Below, in pieces: positions 32,200-46,278 of a stretch of DNA of 64,000 nt; the first letter of the stretch is position 1; the number at the start of each line of letters is the position of its first letter. The DNA is from Eledone cirrhosa. Taxonomy: Eukaryota. Below the pieces are notes generated by a model. That model was not told the DNA's origin. It worked only from the letters and a program-made list of their open reading frames with translations, and did not search any database. Where the stretch lies: contig OZ024743.1 of the NCBI GenBank assembly GCA_964016885.1, positions 220,224,001 through 220,288,000 on the forward strand, in the 5' to 3' direction. The translations under genes were made by a program, and so were the position numbers.

Positions 32200-32748
32200 G
32201 GGGGGAGGGGAGAAATGAGTGCAACAGAAATGAAACATTGATTACAGATTAAAATATAGTCTAGATAGATGAGAAACAAAACCAGGATGTAGTTTATGGA
32301 ACAAATGACTTAGAAGTCGACCTTAAGTAGAAACAATAACATTAAGAAAGATATGAACGACACCGTATCATTATGTTTTGAAAATTTTGAAAGTAGGTTT
32401 ATAAGTATGAATTTTCATAAAATTTTCGTAGTTGTCTCAGTGGCCTAGCGGTAGGTACTAGAGACGGTGGAGATCCTGGTCTTGGGTTCAATCCTGGTCA
32501 AGAGGCACTTTCAGTTTTTATTTTGAAAAGGTTTACCGGGAACTCTACTCCCGACCAGGATCGAACTTCAGACCAGGATCACCACCGTCTATGATTCCTC
32601 CAACTAGTCCACCGAGACAGCTACAAAAGTATAATGAAAATTAATAATTATAAACGTACTTTTAAAATAAAAATTATATGTTAACATTCTATATGTAGGT
32701 GGGCCCCTTCATCTCCTGGCACCAATATTTTTAGACCCAGTCCGCCAT

Positions 32749-32750
<2 letters not shown>
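30224..32750. mobile_element. Non-autonomous TIR DNA element with nested insertions
   Basis: TIRs CAGTGGCGGACTGG ... CCAGTCCGCCATTG flanked by TA; internal direct repeat ~30405-30735 / ~32355-32670. Confidence 0.65.
30915..32055 (+). mobile_element. Non-autonomous Helitron-like element
   Basis: 3' hairpin CCCGTGCAACGCCGGG followed by CTAAG (CTAG variant); internal blocks shared with 35777-36276. Confidence 0.6.
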
Positions 32751-33194
<444 letters not shown>

Positions 33195-33469
33195 CGAGTT
33201 TTGATAAAAAAATAAACACCTATAATTCAAAGGGCCAGTTTTGTCACACATTGTTTAATGCTGAATTTCACTGAGAATTATGTTAAGTGGAATGCTCAGC
33301 CACTAGGACGTTAATTTTAAGGGCAAGCTGTTTCGTTGTTTAAAAAACTAGAGCACTCGTCGTCCGAACTGACATTGGTCCAACATATGTGTGTGTCTGT
33401 GAGTGCATTATTGTGTGTATGAGTAAGTACGTATGTATGTGTTTGTGTATGCGTGTGTGTGTATGTGTG

Positions 33470-33500
<31 letters not shown>

Positions 33501-33573
33501 ATGTGTTTGTGTATGCGTGTGTGCGTCTGTGTGTGTATGTGTGTATATATATGTGTGTGTGTGTGTATGTGTG

Positions 33574-33605
<32 letters not shown>

Positions 33606-34295
33606 CGCGTTGCGTGCGCGCGCGCGTGTGTGTGTGTAATTAGTTAATCTGTTGACGAAATCAATGCCATTAGCCTTCTTAAGATATATACCCTAAACTC
33701 GGAGATAAGAGATAAGGACAGTTGTGTGAAGTTAATTGACATTGTTCTTATCAACATGACGAGCTTTTAAATCTTCTATTCTCAGCGGCTTCCAGGCGAA
33801 TAAAGAATATTAACATATTAGTGTCTATTGAAACTTAAACGTTGTATTATATAAGCTAAAACCTTGTACTGCTCATAGGATTATGTTGTTGCCCAGCAGA
33901 GTTCCAATCTGGCGTTGTCCCACCAATAGAATTCGTCTACTGATATACAGGGGTTAGTATATTTGGAGCCAATAATATTCGGGAGTAATAAAAAAAATAA
34001 GATCATGACATTTTATCTTGTTGTCCTGCACTTGATTTACAGGGTCAGTACTAAATATGTACTGAAATAGTTAGGTTATACACCGATCTACATCGTAGCA
34101 CTTAACAAACAAACAATACTATCACAGCTTGCACTAGGGTAACTTCAAGAGAATATCGAAATATTTTGGAATAAGAAGATATGAAAAAAGGAGAAGACTT
34201 TAAAGCGGTTATATGGTATGTTTACTCTCGTGTACATAGCTGTTTTCAATAATAGAATCAATAATATCACCAAACTCTCCAAATCCACCACCATA

Positions 34296-34353
<58 letters not shown>

Positions 34354-34368
34354 GCATATATATATATA

Positions 34369-35018
34369 CTAGCAGTGGTACCCGGCGTTGCACGGGATAA
34401 GGTATTTTGGAACGCGGGCCGCCAACAGACCTAATCGTGGAAAAACTGCATCCCTTGACAATATGTAAAGAAAATAAACCGTATACTCTGATGGCTGGAT
34501 AATCTTTAAGATTTTCCTCGATGAAGCAGGAAAAATGCAGGTTTTCACCTAATGCGGGCCCTAGGGGATCAAGAAAATGAATTATTTTTATGTGCATAAT
34601 ATGCCTTGAAATTTCGGGAAAATCGACTAGACGTTACGCCTCAAAAAAGCTCTAAAAAGGTGAAAAAATGAAGTTTTTCACTTAATGCGGGCCCTAGGCC
34701 ATAAACAAGTTGGATTTTCTTTGCTCACGGTATTAAGAAGAGACTGACATAGTTAAAATTTCAAGGAAATCGGTCTGACGTAACACCTCAACCCCCCCCC
34801 CCCCCCCAAAAAAAAAAGCTGAAAAAAGCGCAGTTTTTCACTCATTGTGGGTCCTAAGGGATCAAAAAGTTGAATTTTTTATGTGCATAACACTCCCTGA
34901 AACATAAATAATACACATGTAAAGTTTGAAAAAAATCGGTTGGGTACTTCTCGAGTTTTAGGGATTCAAACTCACACACACACAGAGAGACAGACATCCT
35001 CAGTTTTATATATATAGA
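34369..35018 (-). mobile_element. Non-autonomous Helitron-like element
   Basis: Minus strand begins TCTATATATATAAAACTGAG and ends CCCGTGCAACGCCGGGTACCACTGCTAG. Confidence 0.8.
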
Positions 35019-35055
35019 CTAGCAGAAAACCACCTGGTGGGTGGTTTTCTGCTAG

Positions 35056-35400
35056 TCTATATATCTAAAACAGAGAATGTCTGTCTGTCTGTCAGCTCAC
35101 TAAAACTTGAGAACCATCCAACCGATTGTTTTCAAACTTTAGACATGTAATACTTATGGTCCTGTGAGTGTTTTGAGCAAAAATTATTTCAAATTTTCAA
35201 TGCCCTAGGGACCGCATTAGGCGATTTAGCGTTCTCTCTATATAATTCTTAGTCTTTCTTTTTAGATAGATACATAGATATAACGTTGCGCCCTTATAAT
35301 ATCTGTCTGTATGTCTGGCTGTCTGCATTACGTCATTATGACGCGCTCAGTGTGTGTGTGTATATATATATGTATCGTAATGCAGACAGCAAGACATAGC
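35056..35400 (+). mobile_element. Helitron-like element, 5' part
   Basis: Begins TCTATATATCTAAAACAGAG and is collinear with 35777-36060. Confidence 0.7.
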
Positions 35401-35580
35401 TTTCCTTCCCCTCTTCCAGCGTCTCTCTCTCTCCCTCCCGCTATCCCCCTCTTGTAGTCTGTCTCTTTCTTTCACTCTCACTCTCTCTCTACGCGTCGGA
35501 CAGACAGACAGAGAAATTGCTGGTTATATATTATAAGGAGATATATATAAAATGCATTATATATCTATATATCTATATAA

Positions 35581-35772
35581 GGGCGGTGGATTGGCAGTAT
35601 CGGTAGAGGGTCGGGCGCCATGCTTTGAAGCATAGAGTTACCTCCCTTTATGATCTGAGTTCAAATCCCGCCGAGGTTAACTTTGCCTTTCATCCTTACG
35701 GGATCGATAAAATAAAGTACCAGTAATGCACTGAGATAATTGCTGGCCTTGTGCCAAAATTAGAAACAATTA
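35581..35772 (+). mobile_element. tRNA-derived SINE with a Meta/MESC-like central domain
   Basis: A box TGGCAGTATCGG, B box GAGTTCAAATCCC, GCCTTTCATCCTTACGGGATCGATAAAATAAAGTACC, 3' end CCTTGTGCCAAAATTAGAAACAATT. Domain name is from recall. Confidence 0.8.
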
Positions 35773-35776
35773 TATA

Positions 35777-36276
35777 TCTATATATATAAAACTGAGTATG
35801 TCTGTGTGTGTGTGTGTGTGAGTTTGAATCCCTATAACTCGAGAAGCACCCAACCGACTGTTTTCAAACTTTACACATGTAATACTTATGCTCCAGGGAG
35901 TGTTCTGGGCAAAAAAGAATTTCAAATGTTCAATGCCCTAGGGACCGCATTAGGCGATTTAACGATCTCTCTATATAATTCTCAGTCTTTCTCTTTTTAG
36001 ATAGATACATACATATAACGTCGCGCCCTTATAATATCTGTCTGTATGTCTGGCTGTCTGCTGCCTCCAGTTAAGAAAAATATCACATTCATTCCCCAAA
36101 CAGTTGGTAAGTGCACACAACTTCTTCCTCACGTTTTAAGTCACAATGTTGCTTACTTACGTACCACCAGACCCTTACTTCTTTGCCAGCCGTGGTTGTG
36201 GCAATACTAAGCTTAGCTAAGGCGGTTATATATTTCACAATACCTTATCCCGTGCAACGCCGGGTACCACTGCTAG
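35777..36276 (+). mobile_element. Non-autonomous Helitron-like element
   Basis: A|TC start, subterminal hairpin, CTAG|T end. Confidence 0.82.
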
Positions 36277-36301
36277 TATATATATATATATATATATACT
36301 C

Positions 36302-36370
<69 letters not shown>

Positions 36371-39300
36371 CGTATATATATATATATAAACGAAGATCGC
36401 TGGTATAAATACAGCGAGATTTACAGTCAAATTTATCATATCTGTAAAAATAATTTAAAAAGCCCAAACAAACAATTGACTGTGATTTCCAGACGGGCTT
36501 AACTTGAAGTTACGACATACACACACATACGTACATACACATACACTTCCACATATACACTTCCACATATACACACACACACACACATACACATCAACAC
36601 ACACACACACACACGCATAAAAAGTATATCTTTTGCCTTGGATCATCAAAACCCACATTTTAAATGCTGATAATAAAAACATATATTTGGCCTTTGCACT
36701 TCTGTAACTGTTTTAATACTGTGAACTACACACATGCGCATGCGCGAGTAGTATGCATGCACATACATTCATTTATTTATATATATTATATATTATATAT
36801 AAACACACACACACACATATATTAGAATGTGTATGCATATGTGTAGTTTATATTGTTAAAAGAGCTACAGGAGTGCAAGCGTCATTGTTTTTATTACTGT
36901 CGACATTTAAAATGTTTTGATGATCCAAACCACAAATATATGGCGTTTGTTTCTTTCTTTGTATTTAAAAATGATAGTGAAACACACCCAAAATATATTA
37001 TATGAAAGATAAGCTATCTAAAAAAAAATTATCAATGTTAAACCTGATATATTTTTAGTTAGTAGTGTAATATCAGGATGTCGAATTGGCAAACTCTTTA
37101 GAAACGTCAAATAGAACGCTTTGTGTTATTTTTCCTGGCTTTCTACCTCCTGCGAGGCCTTTTATTTTTTAGGGATAAGTACAGTGCCAAACCAGTCCTT
37201 ATATCGATTCTTTCGCTCCCTTCTTCTGGAAGAAACCGGTTATGTTTAGACATGGAGAGGGATGGGTTGCACCAAATTTCAGTATCCAAAACGTCACCCC
37301 TACGACTCCACGAGGAGGTAAGGGCTTATGTGTGTAATTTAACATCCACACTAATACCAGATGTACTGGCTTGATTGCCTATTATACGATGTAATGACGT
37401 GTATGGCAACATAAAATATGTTTATGTATAATAAACCTACATAAAATCTCGCTGTAAGTATTTAATAGCTGATCATATTACAGCTCCCTCAGTGACCTTA
37501 TAAGATTGTTGTATAGATGTATTTCTGTAGTCTTTATCCATCTTCAGCGGAGCATCTTATATGGTTTTTAAATACTCGCTACTTATACTATTTTAAACGG
37601 TGTAGTTTTGAACATGCGCAATCGGAACCCATACAATGAGGAATCATCTAATATAAGGGAAAAAACTCTAACTACGTCTGCTATAAATCTATTTTCAAAC
37701 GCCATATCTCCAAAACATCGACGTACGTAGGGACTTTTGTATAATGGTTTTGTATATACGCAGTTTTTGAATAACGCGGGTTCTAGAAAAGACAATTGAC
37801 CGTATATGATGCGAGTCCAATCTATATGTATGTTGCTTTTTAGTCATAGGTCAACTCTAACGTATGAGCAAACTTATGACCAAGACGTTTTAGCCGTGAC
37901 CATTATATTTTTTGTAGATCTTAAACCAATTGTCTTATGTGTCCTTCCTTTTCAAAAGACGAATGACATTTGTTTGCCATGTTTAGGAGACCGCTGTATT
38001 TATACGTCTACGAAGGCATTAAATCATAGTGAAATGTACTTTTGTTGGGTATGCTTTTTAGATAAAAATACAATTTTATCCTCGCTGTAAAAATTAAAAA
38101 AAGAACTGTTGCCTCATAATTATTTTCCCATGTCTAGAAAATGTGGAATTAATCAGACTAATTTCTAGCTTACTTGGACCTTCATTAACAAAAGAATAAC
38201 CAACTTTTGTCCATAAAATGATGAGTATCTTACAGCAATTCATAGAGTATACAAAGTAAGAGACAGCTAAATTGGTGAATCGAATGTGCATAGCAGTGCA
38301 TGCGTTGACAAGATGGAATAATTAGTTGGGTGAATTTATTAATTAATCCACGTTGTCAGTGCATGCATTGATATGCAATTAGTTTCACCAGTTTAACTGA
38401 GCCCTTGTTCGTACATACTATAAATGAGGACACAGTATGACTGAATGATTAGAATGTTCGCATCGCAATCATAAGATTCTGAATTCAATCTCACTGTGTG
38501 ACACCTTGGGAAAGTATCATTGACTATAGGCTCGGGTCAACTCAAGTTTGTGAGTAAAATTAGATAGCTGGAAACAGTTTGGAAACCATTTGGATGCACA
38601 ACACCCATAAAGTAAATGGCCATTCTTGATACATGCTGCGTCTCACTGAATTTCCTTGAGAATTACATCATTTCCCACGGAGATCAACTGTACATTGCAT
38701 CCTTCCGGGGTCAATATAAAAGAAATACCTGTGAAATAGTCTGTCCCAGACCTAGAGACGTATCTGACCGGAGTTTAGCTCGGTTTCATGGGTATTAACC
38801 GGCTGAAAATACAAGAATTCCTCGTCTCATTCAAAACTGGGTTAACCATCAACTGCTAGTTATACTTGTTTTCTTTCCCAATTGACTGAAATGGAATAAC
38901 AACGTGAAAGGAAGTATTTTGCCTTGCTCAAGTACATAACAACAAGAAAGGTTTAGGAATCGAAACCACTGCGAACATACGGTAGTAAGCCCAACACCCC
39001 TAACCACTTAGACCTCACAATCGACTGCCCTAAAAAACATAAAAATTTACTATGAAAGACATCGAAATTTACGTCCTTCTCTCTATGCTAAAAAATATGT
39101 GTATGATACACAGATGGAATTTTTTATTTAGTGACTTTAAAATGTAATATTTTATCCGCTATACCTCATAATTCTTACGAGGGTGACATTCTTTAAAAAT
39201 GTCCACATAGATGAATAAATAAATAAATATATGAAAATAAAAAATAAAAGGATGGGAAAAGTGAGTCCCCGCCCATCCTTACTTCTCACGGTATCTCTGA

Positions 39301-40169
39301 ATACAATCTATTGCACGTTTTGCTATAGATGTATGTATTTTTTAATGCAAAAATGTTTGATGTTCAAATATATATATATATATATAGTTCAACGATGTGA
39401 CTTTTAATTCGATTGCCAATGGAAATGCAGTTAAATATATAACTCTTCAAAAACATAGATGATATAGCAATTTAAAAGAATATTTCTTCCTAGCCTTACG
39501 ACTAATGGTGAAGTTGAATCTCTAACACCGTAGCTATTTTTATTGCTCTAAATGATATGATGCATGTAGAAGGAAGAGTTAAAGAGAAAGGTTAGAGAAA
39601 AGCTATTTCAGAGAAGCTATTTTATCTAACTATCAACGGCTGAAAGATTTATTGAGTTACATTATATGGAAACCAGCTAACGTATGCAAACATATCTCTC
39701 TCACTCTTTCTATCCCTATCTCCCCCTATTCCCCCCTCTCTCTCCACACACACACACACACACATATATATATCGAAAGAGGAAGAGATAGATAGAGAGA
39801 GAGAGAGAGAGAGATAGAGGGGGAAAGAGAAATCGGGAGAGATAAACACACACATACACACATGTATGTATGTATGAATGTAAGTATGTATGTATGTATG
39901 TATGTATGTATTTATGTATGAATGTATATATGTATGTATGTGTAGGAACTAGGATATCAAATACGTATATGAAGATCTCCAGCTGCTAACCCCCCGCAGA
40001 GCTACCGTCATTGAGTCATAAGTAGGAAATACGGGAGTGAGCCTGAATGATGTTGACAAACAATTATACTCATGCATAGAAATTTCAGACCGAAAGTCAA
40101 TACTCTTCTTTCCGCAGTATGTACATTTGTCCCGCATCTTACACGGCCACTTGCACAACTCCCCGCGCG

Positions 40170-40460
40170 TTATTGAGAAAAAATAACAACTACAAATACG
40201 CGTATATTGAAGATCTTTATATAAAAGTGCCTGTTATGACAGTCGATCGACTTTCGTCAAATCGGACCGAGGAAACAATGTTTCCGTTGATCTTTCCGAT
40301 TGTTAATACAATCTGTCGGACGCAACTACAGGTAGAAGGAGCAACGTGAAATAAAATGTCTTGCTCAAGGACATAACGCATCGCCTGGTCCAGGAATCGA
40401 ACTGACAACCTCACGATTGCGAATCCAGTTCTCTAACCAATCAGTCACGCGCCTTCACGT
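40170..40460 (-). mobile_element. tRNA-derived SINE
   Basis: Minus strand GTGAAGGCGCGTGACTGATTGGTTAGAG...GTTCGATTCCTGGACC...GTCCTTGAGCAAGACA. Confidence 0.7.
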
Positions 40461-40591
40461 GCCTATTATTTATGTATTTATTTAAACAATTTAAACGTCC
40501 GTGTAGAGCTGGTAAGCCATGAGATGCTGGGAAAGTTATCTAATATACTTATTAGAATTAAGAAACAAAAATAAGAGAGAGGCAGAGAAAG

Positions 40592-40662
<71 letters not shown>

Positions 40663-40829
40663 AAGCAAAAGAGAGCAAAAATAAGAAAAAGGCAAAAAAA
40701 CAAAGTATTAAATGTTTCTATTGTTGAATATTTTCGTAGCCTCCATGATCAGAAGATCATGTTTATGGTTGGTAGATATTTGACAATATATTGTACCTCG
40801 AATCTACGTAAAATCTTGAAACCAACTTC

Positions 40830-40965
40830 AAAATACCCTCTCTCTCATACTGGTATATTTTTTTACATTGGAACAAATAGTGCCATAAGTTTTCTGGATG
40901 GTCTCCACGAGAACATTGAGGTGATTCTATACAAGCTGTTCTTGATAGTTTAAGGGAACATATTC
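40830..40965 (-). pseudogene. Decayed C-terminal zinc-finger segment of an L2/CR1-group LINE
   Basis: IESPQCSRGDHPENLWHYLFQC resembles the SPxCxCG...E...HY...C tail of such ORF2s. Confidence 0.45.
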
Positions 40966-41289
40966 GTGGATATTCATACAATCGGAAATTAACAGCCTGT
41001 CATCACTATAAAGTCTACCTTTCTTTGACTCTCTGAAGAGAATCAAAGAAATATGGTACCACTGGTGCTCAAGCCTTAGTTCTTATAGCCACATTAAATA
41101 TGTTAGTTGCCATATATATATATGTGTATATATATATGTATATATATATATGTGTATATTAATTCAAAATATTAACAAAAATAGACATTCGTGTGATCAA
41201 GTATATTTCATTAAAACCAAACAGTTGAGTGCTTCCAATCTATTGTAAAACTCATTCTTTGATTTATTCATTGAACCTTGTTTAACCTT

Positions 41290-41336
<47 letters not shown>

Positions 41337-41337
41337 T

Positions 41338-41375
<38 letters not shown>

Positions 41376-41625
41376 ATAATATGGAAAACAAAGAATCAGT
41401 GAAGCATCGGAACACAATTTATTACATATTACAATTGTTTCTCCGGTGAACAGCTCGAGGTGCGATCTGTTTGTGGATCGAACCAGACTTTGGATGCTCA
41501 AGTTCCTCAGATACGTCTAGTGATTTCGAAGCAAATCCTCTTTTTGTTGGACTGAATTTCGGTGACTTTTGCATATATATATATATATATAATTAGAATT
41601 GGTGCTCTGAAAGAGCGATATATAT

Positions 41626-41945
41626 ATGAATGTATATACAGTGTATTTTGCAATACACTGTATGCTTAATTAAAAGCATTTCGAAGACCGCTCTGTATAA
41701 TCAGTTCCTGATTGTTACTAGAATTCTATAAGAATCAAACATTCATGATTTTCAGCAAACAGGTGGAGTACTTAGCTTTGATAAGTAGCAAAAAGTACGA
41801 AACAGAGCTCTGTCAGCTTTATCTCCCCTTTTTTGCTGAAAATTTAAAGTAAGTGAGACTGTCACTACTCTAAAACAATAGCGTAATGTCTTCGAAATGC
41901 TTTTAATTAAGCATACAGTGTATTGCAAAATACACTATATATACA

Positions 41946-41950
<5 letters not shown>
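41626..41950 (+). mobile_element. Fold-back mini-element with a decayed hammerhead
   Basis: 63-bp inverted arms at 41626-41688 / 41888-41950; internal AGCT-TTGATAA-GTAG..GTAC-GAAAC-AGAGCTCT-GTC-AGCT (41774-41818). Confidence 0.7.
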
Positions 41951-42011
<61 letters not shown>

Positions 42012-42025
42012 CATATATGTGTGTA

Positions 42026-42144
<119 letters not shown>

Positions 42145-42190
42145 CGTAAAATAAGAAAATTAGAAAATTAACTTACTTACTAAAATTTCA

Positions 42191-42270
42191 CTCCCAACTA
42201 ATTAGTTTCTGAAATGGAATAAATATATTTTCCGAAGAAGATATAGAGAATCCTTTCGTCGTCAGGGAAG
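42191..42270 (-). ncRNA. Type I hammerhead ribozyme motif
   Basis: Minus strand: CTTCC-CTGACGA-[stem II]-GAAAC-TAATTA-GTT-GGGAG. Confidence 0.7.
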
Positions 42271-43009
42271 TCTATTCTCAGCTAAGTTTCCAGGCAAAGC
42301 GGGGACTCTGGTAATATATATATATATATATATACAATATATATATATATATATATATATACAAAATTTAGTACAGCATCAACGAAGCCATGGTTGCAGC
42401 CAAGCTAACGAATGCAGTTTCGGTGTGCAGCTAAGCACTCGATAGGGTATATAACCCTAGAGTTATAACATTACATTTAGACAGCTTTGCAAAATGAAGA
42501 CAGCGACCGATAGAAGGGTCGCAGTGACCATAGCCACGAAAAAGACTGAACTCAGGAATAATTTGACTAACCTGGACCATCGCGTCGACACCATACATAA
42601 CACAAAATACATATAATATATACCATATAATATACATCACATATTATCCACAATATCTCCGCTAGGTTTCTGTAAATATATATATATATATTACAGCCGG
42701 AAAATAGAATTAAGGTGTTTGCTCTGACTAACATGGCTGTATACATATAAGTGTGAGTATTTTGTATATCTAACGATATACGGTATGTTTATAAATAAAT
42801 ATTTTGAAAGCATTCAGCTATGAATTTTGGAAACTGACGATGTTGCTCTATCTAGCGGATTCCAACAGAAGCAAGGGTGGGTAATTGTCAACGACAGTGT
42901 ACGCTCTGATATACTGACTTGTATTTACTAAATACAGTTTTATAAAATCATTGAGTTGAGATTTGGTGAGCTAAAACAAATTCAATTTGTCTGGTTCAAT
43001 AAATTTATG

Positions 43010-43040
<31 letters not shown>

Positions 43041-43047
43041 GGATGAG

Positions 43048-43114
<67 letters not shown>

Positions 43115-43201
43115 GTGAGTATATATAATTGAAAAAACAAGGAAGTTTTTCTATTATATACACTCTGCTTGTGCATAGAGTGCTTGATTTATATATATAT
43201 A

Positions 43202-43275
<74 letters not shown>

Positions 43276-43376
43276 ATTATTATAATTTTCTTATTTTACG
43301 TCTTTCAAATATATATATATATATATATACATACGTGTGTATGTATATATATATGTATATATATATATATATATAT

Positions 43377-43630
43377 AATACGATATTAACAAATGGAAAC
43401 TATATTTATAAAACCATATTTATTTCATTATACATATTTCAAGGACACCAAGTTAAATTATGGTGTGCTTTCATCAGATAAAATATAATATAGAGCAGTT
43501 AAATATGGTTTTATAAATATAGTTTCCATTTGTTAATATCGTATTTTTACTCCAAATATTTGTTGAGTGATTTATATCAGTTATAAAAATATTTGCTTGT
43601 TGTATCCCAACAATTTAAATAGAACTTTTA
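43377..43630. mobile_element. Fold-back mini-element (family H2) with a minus-strand hammerhead at ~43420-43485
   Basis: Inverted arms; minus strand TATTTTAT-CTGATGA-AAGCACACCA..TGGTGTCCTT-GAAA-TATGT-ATA; related to 45556-45964. Confidence 0.75.
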
Positions 43631-43631
43631 C

Positions 43632-43711
<80 letters not shown>

Positions 43712-43767
43712 TGTATTTAAAACTCAATCAATCAATATTCATTATTTCAAATATTATGCGATTTAAA

Positions 43768-43880
43768 TGATCTTGTGCTTTCTGTATTGAAGTCGCAGTT
43801 AAAACAATGTCATCAGCGAATGCCATGTTTGATAACTTGATACCAGATGTGAGCTCAATGCCGTCTTCGGGTTGGGCTTC
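43768..43880 (-). pseudogene. LINE reverse transcriptase fragment
   Basis: GIKLSNMAFADDIVL (FADD motif). Confidence 0.7.
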
Positions 43881-43899
43881 TACTTTTAGAGTATGGTTG

Positions 43900-44120
43900 A
43901 TAATTGTTTCTACTTTTGGCAGAAGGCCAGCAATTATCCAGTACAATACTGGAACTTTATTTTATCGACCCTGTAATAATTGTTTCTACTTTAGGCACAA
44001 GGCCAGCAATTACCCAGTACATTACTGGTACTTTATTTTATCGACCCTGTAATAATGAAAGGCAAAGTTAACCTCGGCGGGATTTGAACTCAGACCGTAA
44101 AGAGACGTAACTATGCTGGA
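43900..44120 (-). mobile_element. SINE (35581 family) with duplicated 3' part
   Basis: Two tandem copies of AATTGTTTCTACTTT...TTTTATCGACCCTGTAA. Confidence 0.75.
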
Positions 44121-44833
44121 AAGCAGAGTATGGTTGATAATGATGACAAATATACGGTGCTAAAGTATCTCCTTGTAATATGCCTTTCGTTGTATTAATT
44201 TCGGGTGATTGTTTTCTATTATCGATTATATGTATATTCACTCTTCTTACCTTTACTGGTGTTTTAGAGACATTAGCCTGCAGCCATACTTGGACACAGC
44301 TTTAAAACGATTTAATCAATCATATCAAACCCATTTTGGAACTTCTTTTCATCCAATGATATTTCTTCCACCACCTTTCCCAAAACAAAGTTACTCAAAA
44401 ATCCCTCTATACTTCAGTACGGGTTTATATTTTTCATTCGTATAGGGTTTCAAATAACGGCTTTTTGCCTTTATTTCTTTATTTTACTTTAGTTAGAGTG
44501 TTAGCTAAGACATTTCTTGGTCTATTAAACAGATAATGCACACTGACAATTGTATGATAAATCGCTACAGCCTAGCTGTCGTCAAACCTATTTTCTCTCC
44601 AGCCCCACCCGCTGGCTATTTCTATAAAAACCTTGTCTTTGTTGTTACCTGACACATCATGTCAGTTTCATTTACGTTTACGTTTACTCTCATTCACTCA
44701 TTCACTCACTCCTTCATTCACTCACTCCTTCACTCTCCTTCATTCATAAGTCTCTTCGTTAGTCTATTCATTTACTTTAAATGCACGCATTCTTTTTTTT
44801 TATATATGTATATATGTATATATGTATATGTTT

Positions 44834-45022
44834 ATAATTGTTTCTACTTTTTGGCACAAGGCCAACAATTATACGAGAGCATTACTGGTACTTTATTTTA
44901 TCGACCCCGTAAGGATGAAAGGCAAAGTTAACCTCGGCGGGATTTGAACTCAGATCATACAGAGAGGTAACTCTATGCTTCAAAGCATGGCGACCGACAC
45001 TCTACCGATACTGCCAATCCAC
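44834..45022 (-). mobile_element. SINE (35581 family)
   Basis: Reverse-complement match to 35581-35772. Confidence 0.8.
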
Positions 45023-45023
45023 A

Positions 45024-45325
<302 letters not shown>

Positions 45326-45599
45326 GTGAGGTTTTTTTTTACAAATTGAAAAGTAACCGAGGTGTCCTACACGAGTGAAAGTATAAAGAAAAAAAGATGA
45401 AATCGACAATGCAACTGGAGTTTTATTTTTTTTTAAAATATATATATTTATTTGGTTCCTTTACCGGTTTCGCAGTTCTTCTGCTTTTCAAAAGTAGAGT
45501 TGAGATGGAGGGTCTGTGGTTTTGCTCACATATTATATATATATATATATATATACAATGATATTAAATAAATGGAAACTATATTTATAAAACCATATT

Positions 45600-45660
45600 T
45601 ATTCTATTATATATATTTCAAGGGTACCAAAACTTTGGTACGCTTTCATCAGATAAAATA
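45600..45660 (-). ncRNA. Type I hammerhead ribozyme, mirror copy
   Basis: Reverse complement of 45780-45840 apart from the stem II loop. Confidence 0.8.
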
Positions 45661-45779
45661 CAAAGTTTGTTTTATAAATTTTGACATAACCAAGAAAAGA
45701 AACCTTAACGGTTCAAGTTTTTCTTCAACCGTTAAGGTATCTTTTCTTGGTTATGTCAGTATTTATAAAACAAACTTTG

Positions 45780-45840
45780 TATTTTATCTGATGAAAGCGT
45801 ACCAAAGTGTTGGTACCCTTGAAATATATATAATAGAATA
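45780..45840 (+). ncRNA. Type I hammerhead ribozyme with intact core
   Basis: Stem I TATTTTAT/ATAGAATA, CTGATGA, stem II AAGCGTACCAA/TTGGTACCCTT, GAAA, minimal palindromic stem III, AUA cleavage triplet at 45830-45832. Confidence 0.8.
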
Positions 45841-45999
45841 AATATGGTTTTATAAATATAGTTTCCATTTATTTAATATCATTGAAAACGTGTCGAGTGC
45901 TCTGAATCAGTTATAAACATTTATATTTGTTCAATTACCAACAAATTGAACATCCCTTTTTGCTTATATATATATATATATATATATGTATACATGTAT

Positions 46000-46278
<279 letters not shown>

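Larger units (their letters stand above)
45556..45964. mobile_element. Near-perfect 329-bp palindrome plus tail (family H2)
   Basis: Arms span 45556-45884 around a centre at ~45720, with an unpaired 3' tail; flanked by (TA)n. Confidence 0.85.
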
